The notes under the pieces are model-generated. The model searched no databases, was not told the DNA's origin, and saw nothing but the letters and a program-made list of their open reading frames with translations. The position numbers were made by a program, and so were the translations under genes. From Candidatus Nanoarchaeia archaeon (GTDB taxonomy: Archaea; Nanobdellota; Nanobdellia; SCGC-AAA011-G17; JACPNG01), in contig JAQTMK010000002.1 of assembly GCA_028714375.1 (NCBI GenBank), positions 21,812-85,811 on the forward strand: 64,000 bases of DNA, in the 5' to 3' direction. Positions 1 through 8,446 of the stretch are shown one piece after another. The stretch's first letter is position 1; every line of letters starts with the position of its first letter.

Positions 1-390
1 CTCCATAACATTGAATGTATCAGGTAAAATACTATCAGATTGGCATTTGCCAATATAATTGCCATTAGAAAATTCAGCTAAGCAATATCCCTTGCAGTGG
101 CTGGAATCATAACAAGATAATCCTGCATCTTCATAAGTAAACTGACATTCTCCATTAATTATTTTTCCATTTTTAGACAAACAGTCTGCATTGACTAAGC
201 TGTCAGTAAGTCCATTTTCAGTAACGTCTTCAATCTTATCTTGTATATTAAAATCCATCAAGTCAAATTTAAAAATACTAAAGACCAAAGCCAATAAAAT
301 TGCAACCAAAACAACTCTAAAAATTAAACCACCCACTTTTATAACAAGTAAAATAATAAAAGCAACAATAAGCAGATATACAAATCCCAT
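1..390 (-). CDS. Partial CDS whose C-terminus runs off the window start. Membrane-anchored, Cys-rich secreted protein of unknown function. Its start abuts the stop of the HAD gene.
   Basis: The reverse-strand ATG at 390 opens a frame reading MGFVYLLIVAFIILLVIKVGG... (N-terminal TM or signal anchor), followed by a Cys-rich region (CLSKNGKIINGECQFTYEDAGLSCYDSSHCKGYCLAEF). It is not in the ORF track because no stop lies inside the window. Confidence 0.45.
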   Translation of the reverse strand, partial: MGFVYLLIVAFIILLVIKVGGLIFRVVLVAILLALVFSIFKFDLMDFNIQDKIEDVTENGLTDSLVNADCLSKNGKIINGECQFTYEDAGLSCYDSSHCKGYCLAEFSNGNYIGKCQSDSILPDTFNVME

Positions 391-391
391 A

Positions 392-1051
392 CTAAGGTTC
401 ATTATTTATCATCTCCAACAATTTTGGTAAATATCTTACTGATTTTATAATATAATCTGGTTTTTTCTCTTTTAATACTTTTCTAGAAGTATGACCAGTC
501 AAAACAGATATGATTTTGACTTTTGCTCTTTTTGCAGCCATAATATCATAGATAGAATCACCAACAACATAGCTTGCTTTTGTTTTTGTTATTCTTACAG
601 CTTTTTTTATTTCATTAGGGCTTGGTTTGGGAACCTTAACATCATCATCGCCGACAATAGCATCAAATAATTTATAATCAATGCCTGCATTTTTTAACAA
701 ATTAATGATTGTCTTATGCGCACAGTTAGAAGTCACAGCCAGTTTATAATTTTTCTTTAGTTTCTTCAATGCTTTTTTGGCTCCAAATAATCTCCATGTA
801 AAGAATTTATATTTGGTTGTTATCAATTTAAATTGCAGCTTATTGATTTTATAATATATTTCTTCATCTTTGCCCTGTCCAACCATCTCCCTCACCATCT
901 GCTCTTTTGGCATCCCCATCAGACTAAGAAATTTCAAAAAACTAACACTCCTAAAACCATAATGTTTAATCGCTTTATTATAGGTAAAAAAATGGGAAAC
1001 ATCAGAGTTAATCAAAGTATTATCTAAATCAAAGCAAATTAATTTTTTCAT
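392..1051 (-). CDS. HAD-superfamily hydrolase (phosphatase / beta-phosphoglucomutase-like)
   Basis: N-terminal DxD nucleophile motif FDLDNTL, a conserved S/T (VTSN) and the C-terminal GDSxxD (VVGDSIYD) of haloacid dehalogenase-like hydrolases. Confidence 0.8.
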   Translation of the reverse strand: MKKLICFDLDNTLINSDVSHFFTYNKAIKHYGFRSVSFLKFLSLMGMPKEQMVREMVGQGKDEEIYYKINKLQFKLITTKYKFFTWRLFGAKKALKKLKKNYKLAVTSNCAHKTIINLLKNAGIDYKLFDAIVGDDDVKVPKPSPNEIKKAVRITKTKASYVVGDSIYDIMAAKRAKVKIISVLTGHTSRKVLKEKKPDYIIKSVRYLPKLLEMINNEP

Positions 1052-1052
1052 T

Positions 1053-1874
1053 TTAAAATAACTCTGGGTATCTTTTCTTAACCTCTCTTATAAATCCTTT
1101 CACATTATAGGTTCCAAATTCACAGATAACTCCGGTTATTAATTCAGGATTGATAAACTCAAAAGCAGGATTTCTCACATTAATGTAAGGTTTGTCTATA
1201 TCCCAGACTTCCTGTTTGCTTCTTTGTTCTATTTTTTCCTCAAAACCTTTTATTGTATCAACATCAAACTTCCACGAATGTGTGCAGACATAAACAGGAA
1301 TATTACGCTTCTTGGCAATTTCACAAAACATCTCACTTCCGATTTTATTTACAACCTTGCCTTCAGAAGTTATCGCATCAGCGCCTATAAGCATAAGATT
1401 TGCTTTTTTCAAAGCCACTCTTCCTGCAGAATCAACATAATGCTCAACATGAATTTTGTTTTTAGCAAGTTCAATCGCAGTCCTTCTTCCCTGATACCTT
1501 GGTCTTGTTTCTGTGTTATGAACAACAAAGTTTTTCTTTTTTCTTGCTTCTTTCAGAATATTAATCACAGTAGTTGCATGGCAGTGTGTGAATACTATTG
1601 AATTTTTCTGCACTTTGGCAGCACCATATTTTGATATTTTTTCCATATCGGTTTTTATTTTCTTAAAAAATATTTTTGAATTCTTGTTTGGATTTTTCCT
1701 TACAAACTTCAAAGCGTTCCTTAAAAATGGTTCTGTTGGTCTTAATGATATTAATTTCCTATATGAAGAATTACTAAAGCTTAACATGTAAGCTCTTACA
1801 GCCCAGATAGCAACATTTGTTGCACCCTGAATTTTTAAAGATTTGATATCACCTGCAATTTTCCTAAAGTTCAT
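1053..1874 (-). CDS. eIF-2B alpha/beta/delta family protein (ribose-1,5-bisphosphate isomerase / methylthioribose-1-phosphate isomerase-like)
   Basis: Contains GADAITSEGKVVNKIGS and CTHSWKFD, hallmarks of the eIF2B / MtnA / R15P-isomerase family. At 273 aa it is a short member. Confidence 0.7.
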   Translation of the reverse strand: MNFRKIAGDIKSLKIQGATNVAIWAVRAYMLSFSNSSYRKLISLRPTEPFLRNALKFVRKNPNKNSKIFFKKIKTDMEKISKYGAAKVQKNSIVFTHCHATTVINILKEARKKKNFVVHNTETRPRYQGRRTAIELAKNKIHVEHYVDSAGRVALKKANLMLIGADAITSEGKVVNKIGSEMFCEIAKKRNIPVYVCTHSWKFDVDTIKGFEEKIEQRSKQEVWDIDKPYINVRNPAFEFINPELITGVICEFGTYNVKGFIREVKKRYPELF

Positions 1875-1957
1875 ATATATTCAAAACTATATTTTGTTTA
1901 TAAATATTACTAAATAGATTCAAAAACATTTAAATAAAACAAAACATAACCAAAATA

Positions 1958-2413
1958 ATGAAGAGTTGGTTAAAATTTATAATCTCAATTTTGATATGTC
2001 AGCTAGCAGGAATAATCGGTTCTTTTTTTACAAGTTCCTCTGTCAATTCCTCGTATCTAACACTAATAAAACCAAGTTTCAATCCACCAAGCTGGGTTTT
2101 TGCTCCAGTATGGACAATATTATTTATTATGATGGGAGTAAGTTTATTTTTAATATGGAATAAGAGCAAAAAAATACCAATAATCTTTTGGATTCAGCTA
2201 TCATTAAACATCCTTTGGTCAGTTTTCTTCTTCGGGTTAGAGTCTCCATTTTTGGCATTTATATGCATACTTTTGCTCTGGACAGCAATCTTGTTGACAA
2301 TCATAAGGTTCCATAAAACCTCAAGAATAGCCTCCTATCTGCTGATTCCTTACCTCCTTTGGGTCAGTTTTGCAGCAATACTCAACTTCTCAATTTGGGT
2401 GCTAAATCTGTAA
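1958..2413 (+). CDS. tspO: TspO/MBR family tryptophan-rich sensory protein
   Basis: Five-TM protein of about 150 aa with LIKPSFNPPSWVFAPVWTILFIMMGVSLFLIW, a TspO signature. Confidence 0.8.
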   Translation: MKSWLKFIISILICQLAGIIGSFFTSSSVNSSYLTLIKPSFNPPSWVFAPVWTILFIMMGVSLFLIWNKSKKIPIIFWIQLSLNILWSVFFFGLESPFLAFICILLLWTAILLTIIRFHKTSRIASYLLIPYLLWVSFAAILNFSIWVLNL

Positions 2414-2489
2414 AACTATAAGTTTATAAACAGAGGATATTCCAAAATATTAGGCATAGAAGTTCTTATGTCAACTATGGAGGAATCAG

Positions 2490-2657
2490 ATGAGAGAATT
2501 CAACAGAGGCGCCCCTAGAAGAGATTTTGGTGGCCCAAGAGAAATGCATAAAGCAACCTGTTCTGAATGTGGTCAAGAATGTGAAGTTCCATTCAAACCT
2601 ACTGAAGGAAAACCTGTTTTTTGCAGAGAATGTTACAGAAAGAAGAAGTCATTCTAA
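2490..2657 (+). CDS. Small (55 aa) CxxC...CxxC zinc-ribbon protein, absent from the ORF track.
   Basis: Read directly as MREFNRGAPRRDFGGPREMHKATCSECGQECEVPFKPTEGKPVFCRECYRKKKSF. It has two CxxC pairs and a basic tail, and sits in an otherwise empty 360-bp gap. Confidence 0.55.
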   Translation: MREFNRGAPRRDFGGPREMHKATCSECGQECEVPFKPTEGKPVFCRECYRKKKSF

Positions 2658-2777
2658 ATTCTATAAATTCATAACCTATTTTTAAATATTTTTTATAATT
2701 TTTATTCAACAACCATTAATTAGAACTACCAAATATCAAAACATTTTTAAACTAAAATAAGTAACTTAAACTAAAAG

Positions 2778-3635
2778 ATGGTGCTTGAATCTCTAATAAA
2801 CGCAGAAAACGCAGAATCACATCCGTTTAAGATGTTCTTGTTAGGAATTTTATTCTCGTCTGTAGGTATTCTCTTAAGTTTATGGATTTTCAAAGATCAG
2901 TCCAGTTTGGTCGCTGTATTTCTTACAGTCTTCGCATGTATTCCATTAATATACCACACAATAAGATTGGAAGAAAAAAAAGAAGTAGAGATTGATTCAG
3001 AAAAAAAATTATTAAAAGAACACAGCAGAGCAATAACTTATTTTGTTATGTTATTCCTGGGTTTTGTAGTTTCATTCTTTGTATGGTATCTTTTCCTTCC
3101 ACAAAACCTGATTGAAACTTTGTTTAACACGCAGCATGCAACAATAAATGCTATTAACGCACAGGTTTCAAGTATCTCAGGCAATGCAATTTCATCAAAA
3201 TTCTTCTTGCAGATATTTACAAACAATCTTAAAGTTTTATTGTTTTGTGTTTTTTTTGCGTTCTTCTACGGAGCAGGAGCAGTTTTCATTTTGACATGGA
3301 ACGCATCTGTAATCGGAACCGCAATTGGCTCATTCATAAGGAATAATCTAAGTGAATACGCCTCCCATATTGGTCTAGCAAAAGTAGCAGGTTATTTTCA
3401 TGTGGTTTCATTTGGAATCTTAAAATATATGACCCATGGTATTTTTGAAATAGTCGCATATTTTGTAGGAGGATTGGCGGGAGGAATAATTTCCGTAGCA
3501 GTGATAAGAAGAGACATAAATGGGGAAAGATTTAAAAGGATAATGTATGATTCATTAGATTTGGTACTAATTGCCCTGGTAATATTGATACTCGGAGCAA
3601 TAATAGAAGTTTATGTAACACCAAGGTTGTTTTAA
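2778..3635 (+). CDS. SpoIIM-like / DUF95 family integral membrane protein
   Basis: Multi-TM protein. The conserved C-terminal block HGIFEIVAYFVGGLAGG resembles stage II sporulation protein M / DUF95. Confidence 0.45.
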   Translation: MVLESLINAENAESHPFKMFLLGILFSSVGILLSLWIFKDQSSLVAVFLTVFACIPLIYHTIRLEEKKEVEIDSEKKLLKEHSRAITYFVMLFLGFVVSFFVWYLFLPQNLIETLFNTQHATINAINAQVSSISGNAISSKFFLQIFTNNLKVLLFCVFFAFFYGAGAVFILTWNASVIGTAIGSFIRNNLSEYASHIGLAKVAGYFHVVSFGILKYMTHGIFEIVAYFVGGLAGGIISVAVIRRDINGERFKRIMYDSLDLVLIALVILILGAIIEVYVTPRLF

Positions 3636-3636
3636 A

Positions 3637-4182
3637 ATGAAGCAAAAAAGCAAAAAATGGGTAACAGTTATTGTAGGATTATTTATAATATCCTTAATGG
3701 TAACCAGTATCCTGTCTTTAAATTCTGACTCAGAAGAAAAAATAAAAGTAAATGGTTACAAATTTACAAAAGTAAATACTGGATATATGACCTACAAAGA
3801 TGACAAACAGATAATAGTAACAAATAATCCATTAGAACTTCAGTCCCTAGAAATAAACAAGGATATTTTAAATCTGAATAATAATCTAAAGATTTATCTT
3901 TCAGTGGATTCTTTATTGTCAGCGAGATTAAAAACAGCAATATCTGGACTGTTTACATCACCAATAACTATGGCAGCAAATACAAATGAAAAATCAATTG
4001 AATATAATCTCCCATTAAAGACTTGCAAAGATTCTACATCAACTGAAGGGGTCATCACCCTAGTATCAACTGAAACAAATCAGCTAAGTTTTAATGATAA
4101 CTGCCTAGAATTAAAAGGCAATGATGACTACTTTATCAAAGTACTTGAAAAATTAAAATTAACTTCAGAGGGGATATTATGA
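3637..4182 (+). CDS. N-terminally anchored hypothetical protein (extracytoplasmic)
   Basis: Single N-terminal TM (VTVIVGLFIISLMVTSIL), no recognisable domain. It overlaps the stop of the next gene by 4 nt. Confidence 0.45.
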   Translation: MKQKSKKWVTVIVGLFIISLMVTSILSLNSDSEEKIKVNGYKFTKVNTGYMTYKDDKQIIVTNNPLELQSLEINKDILNLNNNLKIYLSVDSLLSARLKTAISGLFTSPITMAANTNEKSIEYNLPLKTCKDSTSTEGVITLVSTETNQLSFNDNCLELKGNDDYFIKVLEKLKLTSEGIL

Positions 4183-4769
4183 AAAACAAAAAAGTGATTA
4201 TAACCATTGTGGTTTTGGTATTAATCTTGGCTCTTTTAGGCTACTCATTATACTCCATAATGCTAAGTAAGTATAAATTTAAATATGAAGGATTCAATAT
4301 TGAAAAAATAGCTGATCAGGGTTATGAAGGATATAGAACTGAAATTTACATAAACGGAGCAGAAGAACCATTTTATATAAATTCAAGGTATGCTCCTGGT
4401 GATGTTGAAGATATTCCATTTGAACAGGGATTAAAACAGAAAATTAATGGAAAAAACCCGATTTACGTAACAATAGATCCAACTCAACAATTGACAGGAA
4501 AAACAACAATTGCCGCCCTAAACATTAACAACATGATTGAACAAGTATTTAGGGTAGAAGTAAAATCAGCTTTAACTCAAGATGTTAGAAACAATATGAC
4601 AATAAAAAACTGTGAGAATAAAGAAGATGCAGTTATATGGTTAAAGTTAGGTGACTCAAATAGGATTTATTCTCAAGATTTATGTATAATCATAGAAGGT
4701 CGAACTCAAGATGATTTGGTAAAGGGTGCAGATTTATTCGACTTTGTGCTTCTTGACATAATAAAGTAA
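4179..4769 (+). CDS. N-terminally anchored hypothetical protein (extracytoplasmic)
   Basis: N-terminal TM (VIITIVVLVLILALLGYSLY). Coupled to the upstream ORF by an ATGA overlap. Confidence 0.45.
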   Translation: MKNKKVIITIVVLVLILALLGYSLYSIMLSKYKFKYEGFNIEKIADQGYEGYRTEIYINGAEEPFYINSRYAPGDVEDIPFEQGLKQKINGKNPIYVTIDPTQQLTGKTTIAALNINNMIEQVFRVEVKSALTQDVRNNMTIKNCENKEDAVIWLKLGDSNRIYSQDLCIIIEGRTQDDLVKGADLFDFVLLDIIK

Positions 4770-4803
4770 ACATTTATAAATAATCTTTTTTAATTATATT
4801 CTT

Positions 4804-5823
4804 ATGAAGAAATTAATATTAACAATATTGTTTTTTGTCTTACTGAGTTTTTCAGTAAACGCAGGAGTACTTTCTCTTTACCAATCAGAATGTAACGATA
4901 AAGGAAGTCTTAAATTAACCTTCACTATAACTGAAGCAGATTATAAAGTTGAGGCTAATTCCTTAAATCTAGAAGTTGGTGGAATTAAATACACAGACGC
5001 TTGGTCTAACACAAGGTATCTTAAAAAAGGTGAAGACTCTTCAAAAGAAAATACATTAGCAACTTATAATGAGAGTACGTTTAATGGAAATAAAATATAT
5101 AATGGAAAATTAACTTATATTCAAACCGCATTAACCGGCTCAACCAAAGGAGAACCAGAAACAAAAACCTTGGATTTTAGTGTTAATTGCCCAGGATTAA
5201 AATTTACTTGTGCTCAGCTAGGACTTTCAATTGATTCCTGCATCAATACTCCTAATGGTTTTGAAGCAATCATAACAATGAAAGGTATGGAACAATCTCC
5301 AGGCTACGAACTTGACCCAGTTAAAGCAATAACTTATAGATTTAGTGCAGAATCTGCATACCTACAGGCAACAGGAGCAAACACAAAAGACGGAATGTTA
5401 CCAAAAGATTATACAATTGAAAAAATATCTCAAGATATTTATAAATTATCATTTAACATTGGAGAAAACAAAATAAAAGAAATGCATGTTTATTATGATG
5501 AGTTTGGGATGAAAGCCTCATGTTTGGAAGATGATTATCCTGAAGTAGATTTTTATTCAAGTCAGGATTGTACAGTTGGAGAATCAGTTGAAGACTCCTG
5601 CATTTGTGCAGAAATATACAAGCCTGTCTGTGGAGAAGATGGCAAAACCTATCCAAACGAATGTAACGCAAAATGCGAGAATGTCAAAATTACCCATGAA
5701 GGTGAATGTACTAAAAAAGATTCAGCAAAAGAATTCCCCCTAATGTGGATAATTTTAATAGTTATTATAATCTTAGGGACTGTAATTGCAATATCTTTAA
5801 AAAAGAAAAAATCTAAAAAATAA
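4804..5823 (+). CDS. Secreted, C-terminally anchored protein with a Kazal-type protease-inhibitor-like domain
   Basis: Signal peptide (LILTILFFVLLSFSVNA) and a C-terminal TM plus KKKKSKK tail. Just before the anchor is a Kazal pattern: CICAEIYKPVCGEDGKTYPNECNAKCENVKITHEGEC. Confidence 0.6.
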   Translation: MKKLILTILFFVLLSFSVNAGVLSLYQSECNDKGSLKLTFTITEADYKVEANSLNLEVGGIKYTDAWSNTRYLKKGEDSSKENTLATYNESTFNGNKIYNGKLTYIQTALTGSTKGEPETKTLDFSVNCPGLKFTCAQLGLSIDSCINTPNGFEAIITMKGMEQSPGYELDPVKAITYRFSAESAYLQATGANTKDGMLPKDYTIEKISQDIYKLSFNIGENKIKEMHVYYDEFGMKASCLEDDYPEVDFYSSQDCTVGESVEDSCICAEIYKPVCGEDGKTYPNECNAKCENVKITHEGECTKKDSAKEFPLMWIILIVIIILGTVIAISLKKKKSKK

Positions 5824-5825
5824 TT

Positions 5826-6521
5826 ATGAAACCACGGGTTTTAGTTGGCTGTCCAACCTCTTATCACAAGGAATATTGTTTTGATGAATATCTTAAGGCT
5901 GTTAAAAATCTAACTTATGACAATTATGATATTCTTTTAGTTGAAAACTCAGAAAATGATAACTTTTTCAATAAAATAAAGTCTAAACTTCCTGTAATTA
6001 AAGGGCCTTATGACGAATCTGCAAGAGAAAGAATAATTATGTCTAGAAATTTATTAAAAGAAAAAACAATAGAGAATTATGATTATTTTTTAAGTTTAGA
6101 ACAGGATGTTATTCCTCCTTCAAATATAATTGAGCTTTTTCTTGAACATGATAAAAAAGTGATTTCAGGAATTTATTTTAATAGAGATCTTAAAACAAGG
6201 AATCTAACACCATTAGCTTATATCGAACTTCCAAAAGAAAAAGGAGAAGAGTTACCCTCAATGAGATCATTAACAGATTCAGAAATATTAAGTGATAAAT
6301 TAATAAAAATTGTTTCCTGCGGTCTTGGCTGTGTTTTAATTCATAAAGACATTCTTAAAAAAATCATTTTTAGATATGAAAAAGATAAAGACGCTTTCGA
6401 TGATAGATTTTTTGGAATCGATTTGTATAAATTAAACGAATCAATATATTGCGATACAAGAGTAAAATGCAAACACTTTATTTTAAACCGGCCTTATGAA
6501 TGGAAAGATATTAAGAAATAA
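5826..6521 (+). CDS. Hypothetical protein, possibly a GT-A-fold (glycosyltransferase-like) protein
   Basis: Weak resemblance to nucleotide-diphospho-sugar transferase folds (ILLVENSEND ... EQD ... CGLGCVLIHKDIL). No firm motif. Confidence 0.3.
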   Translation: MKPRVLVGCPTSYHKEYCFDEYLKAVKNLTYDNYDILLVENSENDNFFNKIKSKLPVIKGPYDESARERIIMSRNLLKEKTIENYDYFLSLEQDVIPPSNIIELFLEHDKKVISGIYFNRDLKTRNLTPLAYIELPKEKGEELPSMRSLTDSEILSDKLIKIVSCGLGCVLIHKDILKKIIFRYEKDKDAFDDRFFGIDLYKLNESIYCDTRVKCKHFILNRPYEWKDIKK

Positions 6522-7074
6522 TCAGTTCCTCATCATTACCTAAATCAAACTTTTTGGCTTCTTCCTTATCCATATGAATCTGACTAGAACCATCTTTAAT
6601 AATGCAAAGAGTAGCATCATCGCAGATTAATCCCTTTTTAGGATGCATTAACTTAACTTTCTTCTTGTTGATTAATCCAAGTTTTCTAGCCTCTTCTTCA
6701 ATTAGATGAATGTGTGTTCTTGCTAAAATAACCCCCTCACATAATTCCACTGTACCTTTAGGACCAATAATTGTTAATCCAGGGGTTTCTTTCAAATCAC
6801 CAGAATCTCTCCTGCTAGATTCAATGTCCAGATATTTCTGGTCAGATTCTAAAATCTCAATTTGTGTTCTTAATCTTTCAGGACCTATGATTCTTACATT
6901 CTCAATCTGAAAATCCCCCTTCTTTAAAATAACAGTTTCCTCAGCAGCAAAATTTTCTTTATCCATTAAATACTTTTTAACATTCAAAGAATAACTTTTT
7001 CCAAAGAGTTTATCAATATGCTCTCTTGTCAAATGGGCGTGCCTGTTTGATATTCCTAATTTTACTTTGTTCAT
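6511..7074 (-). CDS. PduL/EutD-like phosphate acyltransferase (phosphotransacylase)
   Basis: Two copies of the RHxH metal-binding repeat typical of PduL (GISNRHAHLTREH and ILARTHIHLIEEE) in a roughly 190-aa protein. Confidence 0.55.
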   Translation of the reverse strand: MNKVKLGISNRHAHLTREHIDKLFGKSYSLNVKKYLMDKENFAAEETVILKKGDFQIENVRIIGPERLRTQIEILESDQKYLDIESSRRDSGDLKETPGLTIIGPKGTVELCEGVILARTHIHLIEEEARKLGLINKKKVKLMHPKKGLICDDATLCIIKDGSSQIHMDKEEAKKFDLGNDEELIIS

Positions 7075-7118
7075 ATAAAAATTAAGCTAGCTAACAATAT
7101 AAAAACGTTTTGGAAAGG

Positions 7119-7126
7119 TTTAAAAA
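7119..7126 (+). promoter_or_regulatory. Putative archaeal TATA box (TTTAAAAA) about 30 nt upstream of tRNA-Arg
   Basis: AT-rich TATA-like octamer with a purine-rich stretch immediately upstream, at the expected distance for an archaeal promoter. Sequence only. Confidence 0.3.
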
Positions 7127-7152
7127 CTAAAACTAGGTTTAAAAGCTTAACT

Positions 7153-7227
7153 GGGCCTGTAGCTCAGCTTGGATAGAGCGGCAGCCTTCTAAGCTGAAGG
7201 TCGGGGGTTCAAATCCTCCCAGGCCCG
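7153..7227 (+). tRNA. tRNA-Arg (anticodon TCT)
   Basis: Acceptor GGGCCTG/CAGGCCC, D-arm GCTCAGCTTGGATAGAGC, anticodon stem-loop CAGC-CTTCTAA-GCTG with TCT at positions 34-36, T-arm GGGGGTTCAAATCCTCC, discriminator G. No CCA encoded. Confidence 0.85.
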
Positions 7228-7229
7228 CT

Positions 7230-7301
7230 GCAGACGTAGCCAAGCGGTTAAGGCAGGAGGCTGCAACCCTCCGACCCCAGGTTCGAATCCTGGCGTCTGC
7301 T
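7230..7301 (+). tRNA. tRNA-Cys (anticodon GCA)
   Basis: Acceptor GCAGACG/CGTCTGC, anticodon arm GGAGG-CTGCAAC-CCTCC with GCA at 34-36, T-arm CCAGGTTCGAATCCTGG, discriminator T. No CCA. Starts 2 nt after tRNA-Arg. Confidence 0.85.
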
Positions 7302-7316
7302 TAATAAATTTAAGAA

Positions 7317-7691
7317 TTATTTCTTTTTCTTATTCTTTCTTCTGAATCTTAAGTATCTGAAAAACATAACAATTGGGATAAAATTAAATGTTCCGGGAAC
7401 TGTCAGCATAAAAACAACAAACAACCATTTTAGTTTGTTTTGTTTTGGGTTTTTCATAATTTCTATGGCATTTTTTCTCAATCTCTCAACATCGCCCTCC
7501 ATATAAATATACATTTCTGTCTTTTTGAATTTGTTTAAAAGAATAAGGAATTCCCTTGATAATTTCTTAACTCTTTTTTTATTACCAATTGATTTTAGAA
7601 GCTGTAAGTACTTGTGCTCTGTTTTATTTATTAAAGGCTTTGTTTTTCTAAACTTCTCTCTAAAGCTTTTAATTTTTCTAAGTAAATACAT
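7317..7691 (-). CDS. Small basic hypothetical protein with a C-terminal TM segment
   Basis: Lys/Arg-rich N-terminal half, a hydrophobic segment (WLFVVFMLTVPGTFNFIPIVMFF), and a basic tail RKNKKKK. Confidence 0.35.
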   Translation of the reverse strand: MYLLRKIKSFREKFRKTKPLINKTEHKYLQLLKSIGNKKRVKKLSREFLILLNKFKKTEMYIYMEGDVERLRKNAIEIMKNPKQNKLKWLFVVFMLTVPGTFNFIPIVMFFRYLRFRRKNKKKK

Positions 7692-7705
7692 AAATATAAA
7701 AGAAA

Positions 7706-8446
7706 CTATATATTTAAAAATCTAACTATTAAAACCAAAAGAACAACTAAAAACAACAAACCAACAAACACAAAAATTCCATAATTTACCTGTTTAGGTT
7801 CTTCTTTAATGTCTAAGTTAGCGCTTAGTTCATCTGTTTCTAAGTTATTGTAATTTATTTTAACTTTAAAGAAATAATATCCGAGATTAGTAAGGTTATA
7901 ATAGACCGGGATTACTTTTTTGTCTTCAATCAAATAACTTTCAGATTTCAAAATATCAATTAATTCATTCTCATAATAAACTTCAACATTGGAATATGCT
8001 TCAACCTTTCTTCCTTGATTAACAAAAACAGAATCTATTCTTATCAATCCTGGTTTGTTTCCATTAATTCTAACATCGCTTATGTAACCATCAATCTTTT
8101 TATCTTCTTTAATCAAAATAGGCTCGCTGATTTTATCAAACAAAAGCTTGATCCCTAAGGAGTTTTCAAAATAAGACTCGCTAACTTCCTGGATATAAAC
8201 CCTATACTCACTTTTATTAATCTCCTCTCTGATTAAAAAATCAACTTTGCTGAAATTACCAGGATCTAGTTCTAAAGTTTCAGGTTCAAATTTAATATCC
8301 AAATCAGAAGAAAAACTAAAATTAGTCCTGACAGAATTATCATTATAGACAACAAAATAACCGTTATCAGCGTTTTCAAAACTTGAAGGATAAACTCCCA
8401 AACCAGATGCAAAAGGTATTATTAAGAGAAATATTAAAAATTTCAT
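7706..8446 (-). CDS. Secreted hypothetical protein with a C-terminal membrane anchor
   Basis: Signal peptide (FLIFLLIIPFASG), several N-x-S/T sequons, and a C-terminal TM (IFVFVGLLFLVVLLVLIV). Overlaps the upstream gene by 4 nt. Confidence 0.45.
   Translation of the reverse strand: MKFLIFLLIIPFASGLGVYPSSFENADNGYFVVYNDNSVRTNFSFSSDLDIKFEPETLELDPGNFSKVDFLIREEINKSEYRVYIQEVSESYFENSLGIKLLFDKISEPILIKEDKKIDGYISDVRINGNKPGLIRIDSVFVNQGRKVEAYSNVEVYYENELIDILKSESYLIEDKKVIPVYYNLTNLGYYFFKVKINYNNLETDELSANLDIKEEPKQVNYGIFVFVGLLFLVVLLVLIVRFLNI

Noticed and set aside
191-430. 79-aa + strand ORF
   Set aside because: It lies antisense within the partial minus-strand CDS (1-390). Its composition is low-complexity Lys/Ile/Thr, typical of a shadow frame in AT-rich DNA.
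833-1791. Several + strand ORFs (833-1027, 1224-1601, 1588-1791)
   Set aside because: They are entirely contained within the minus-strand HAD and eIF2B-family genes, which have strong motifs. These are shadow ORFs.
1966-2163. 65-aa alternative-frame ORF
   Set aside because: It lies inside tspO in another frame. The TspO frame carries the family signature.
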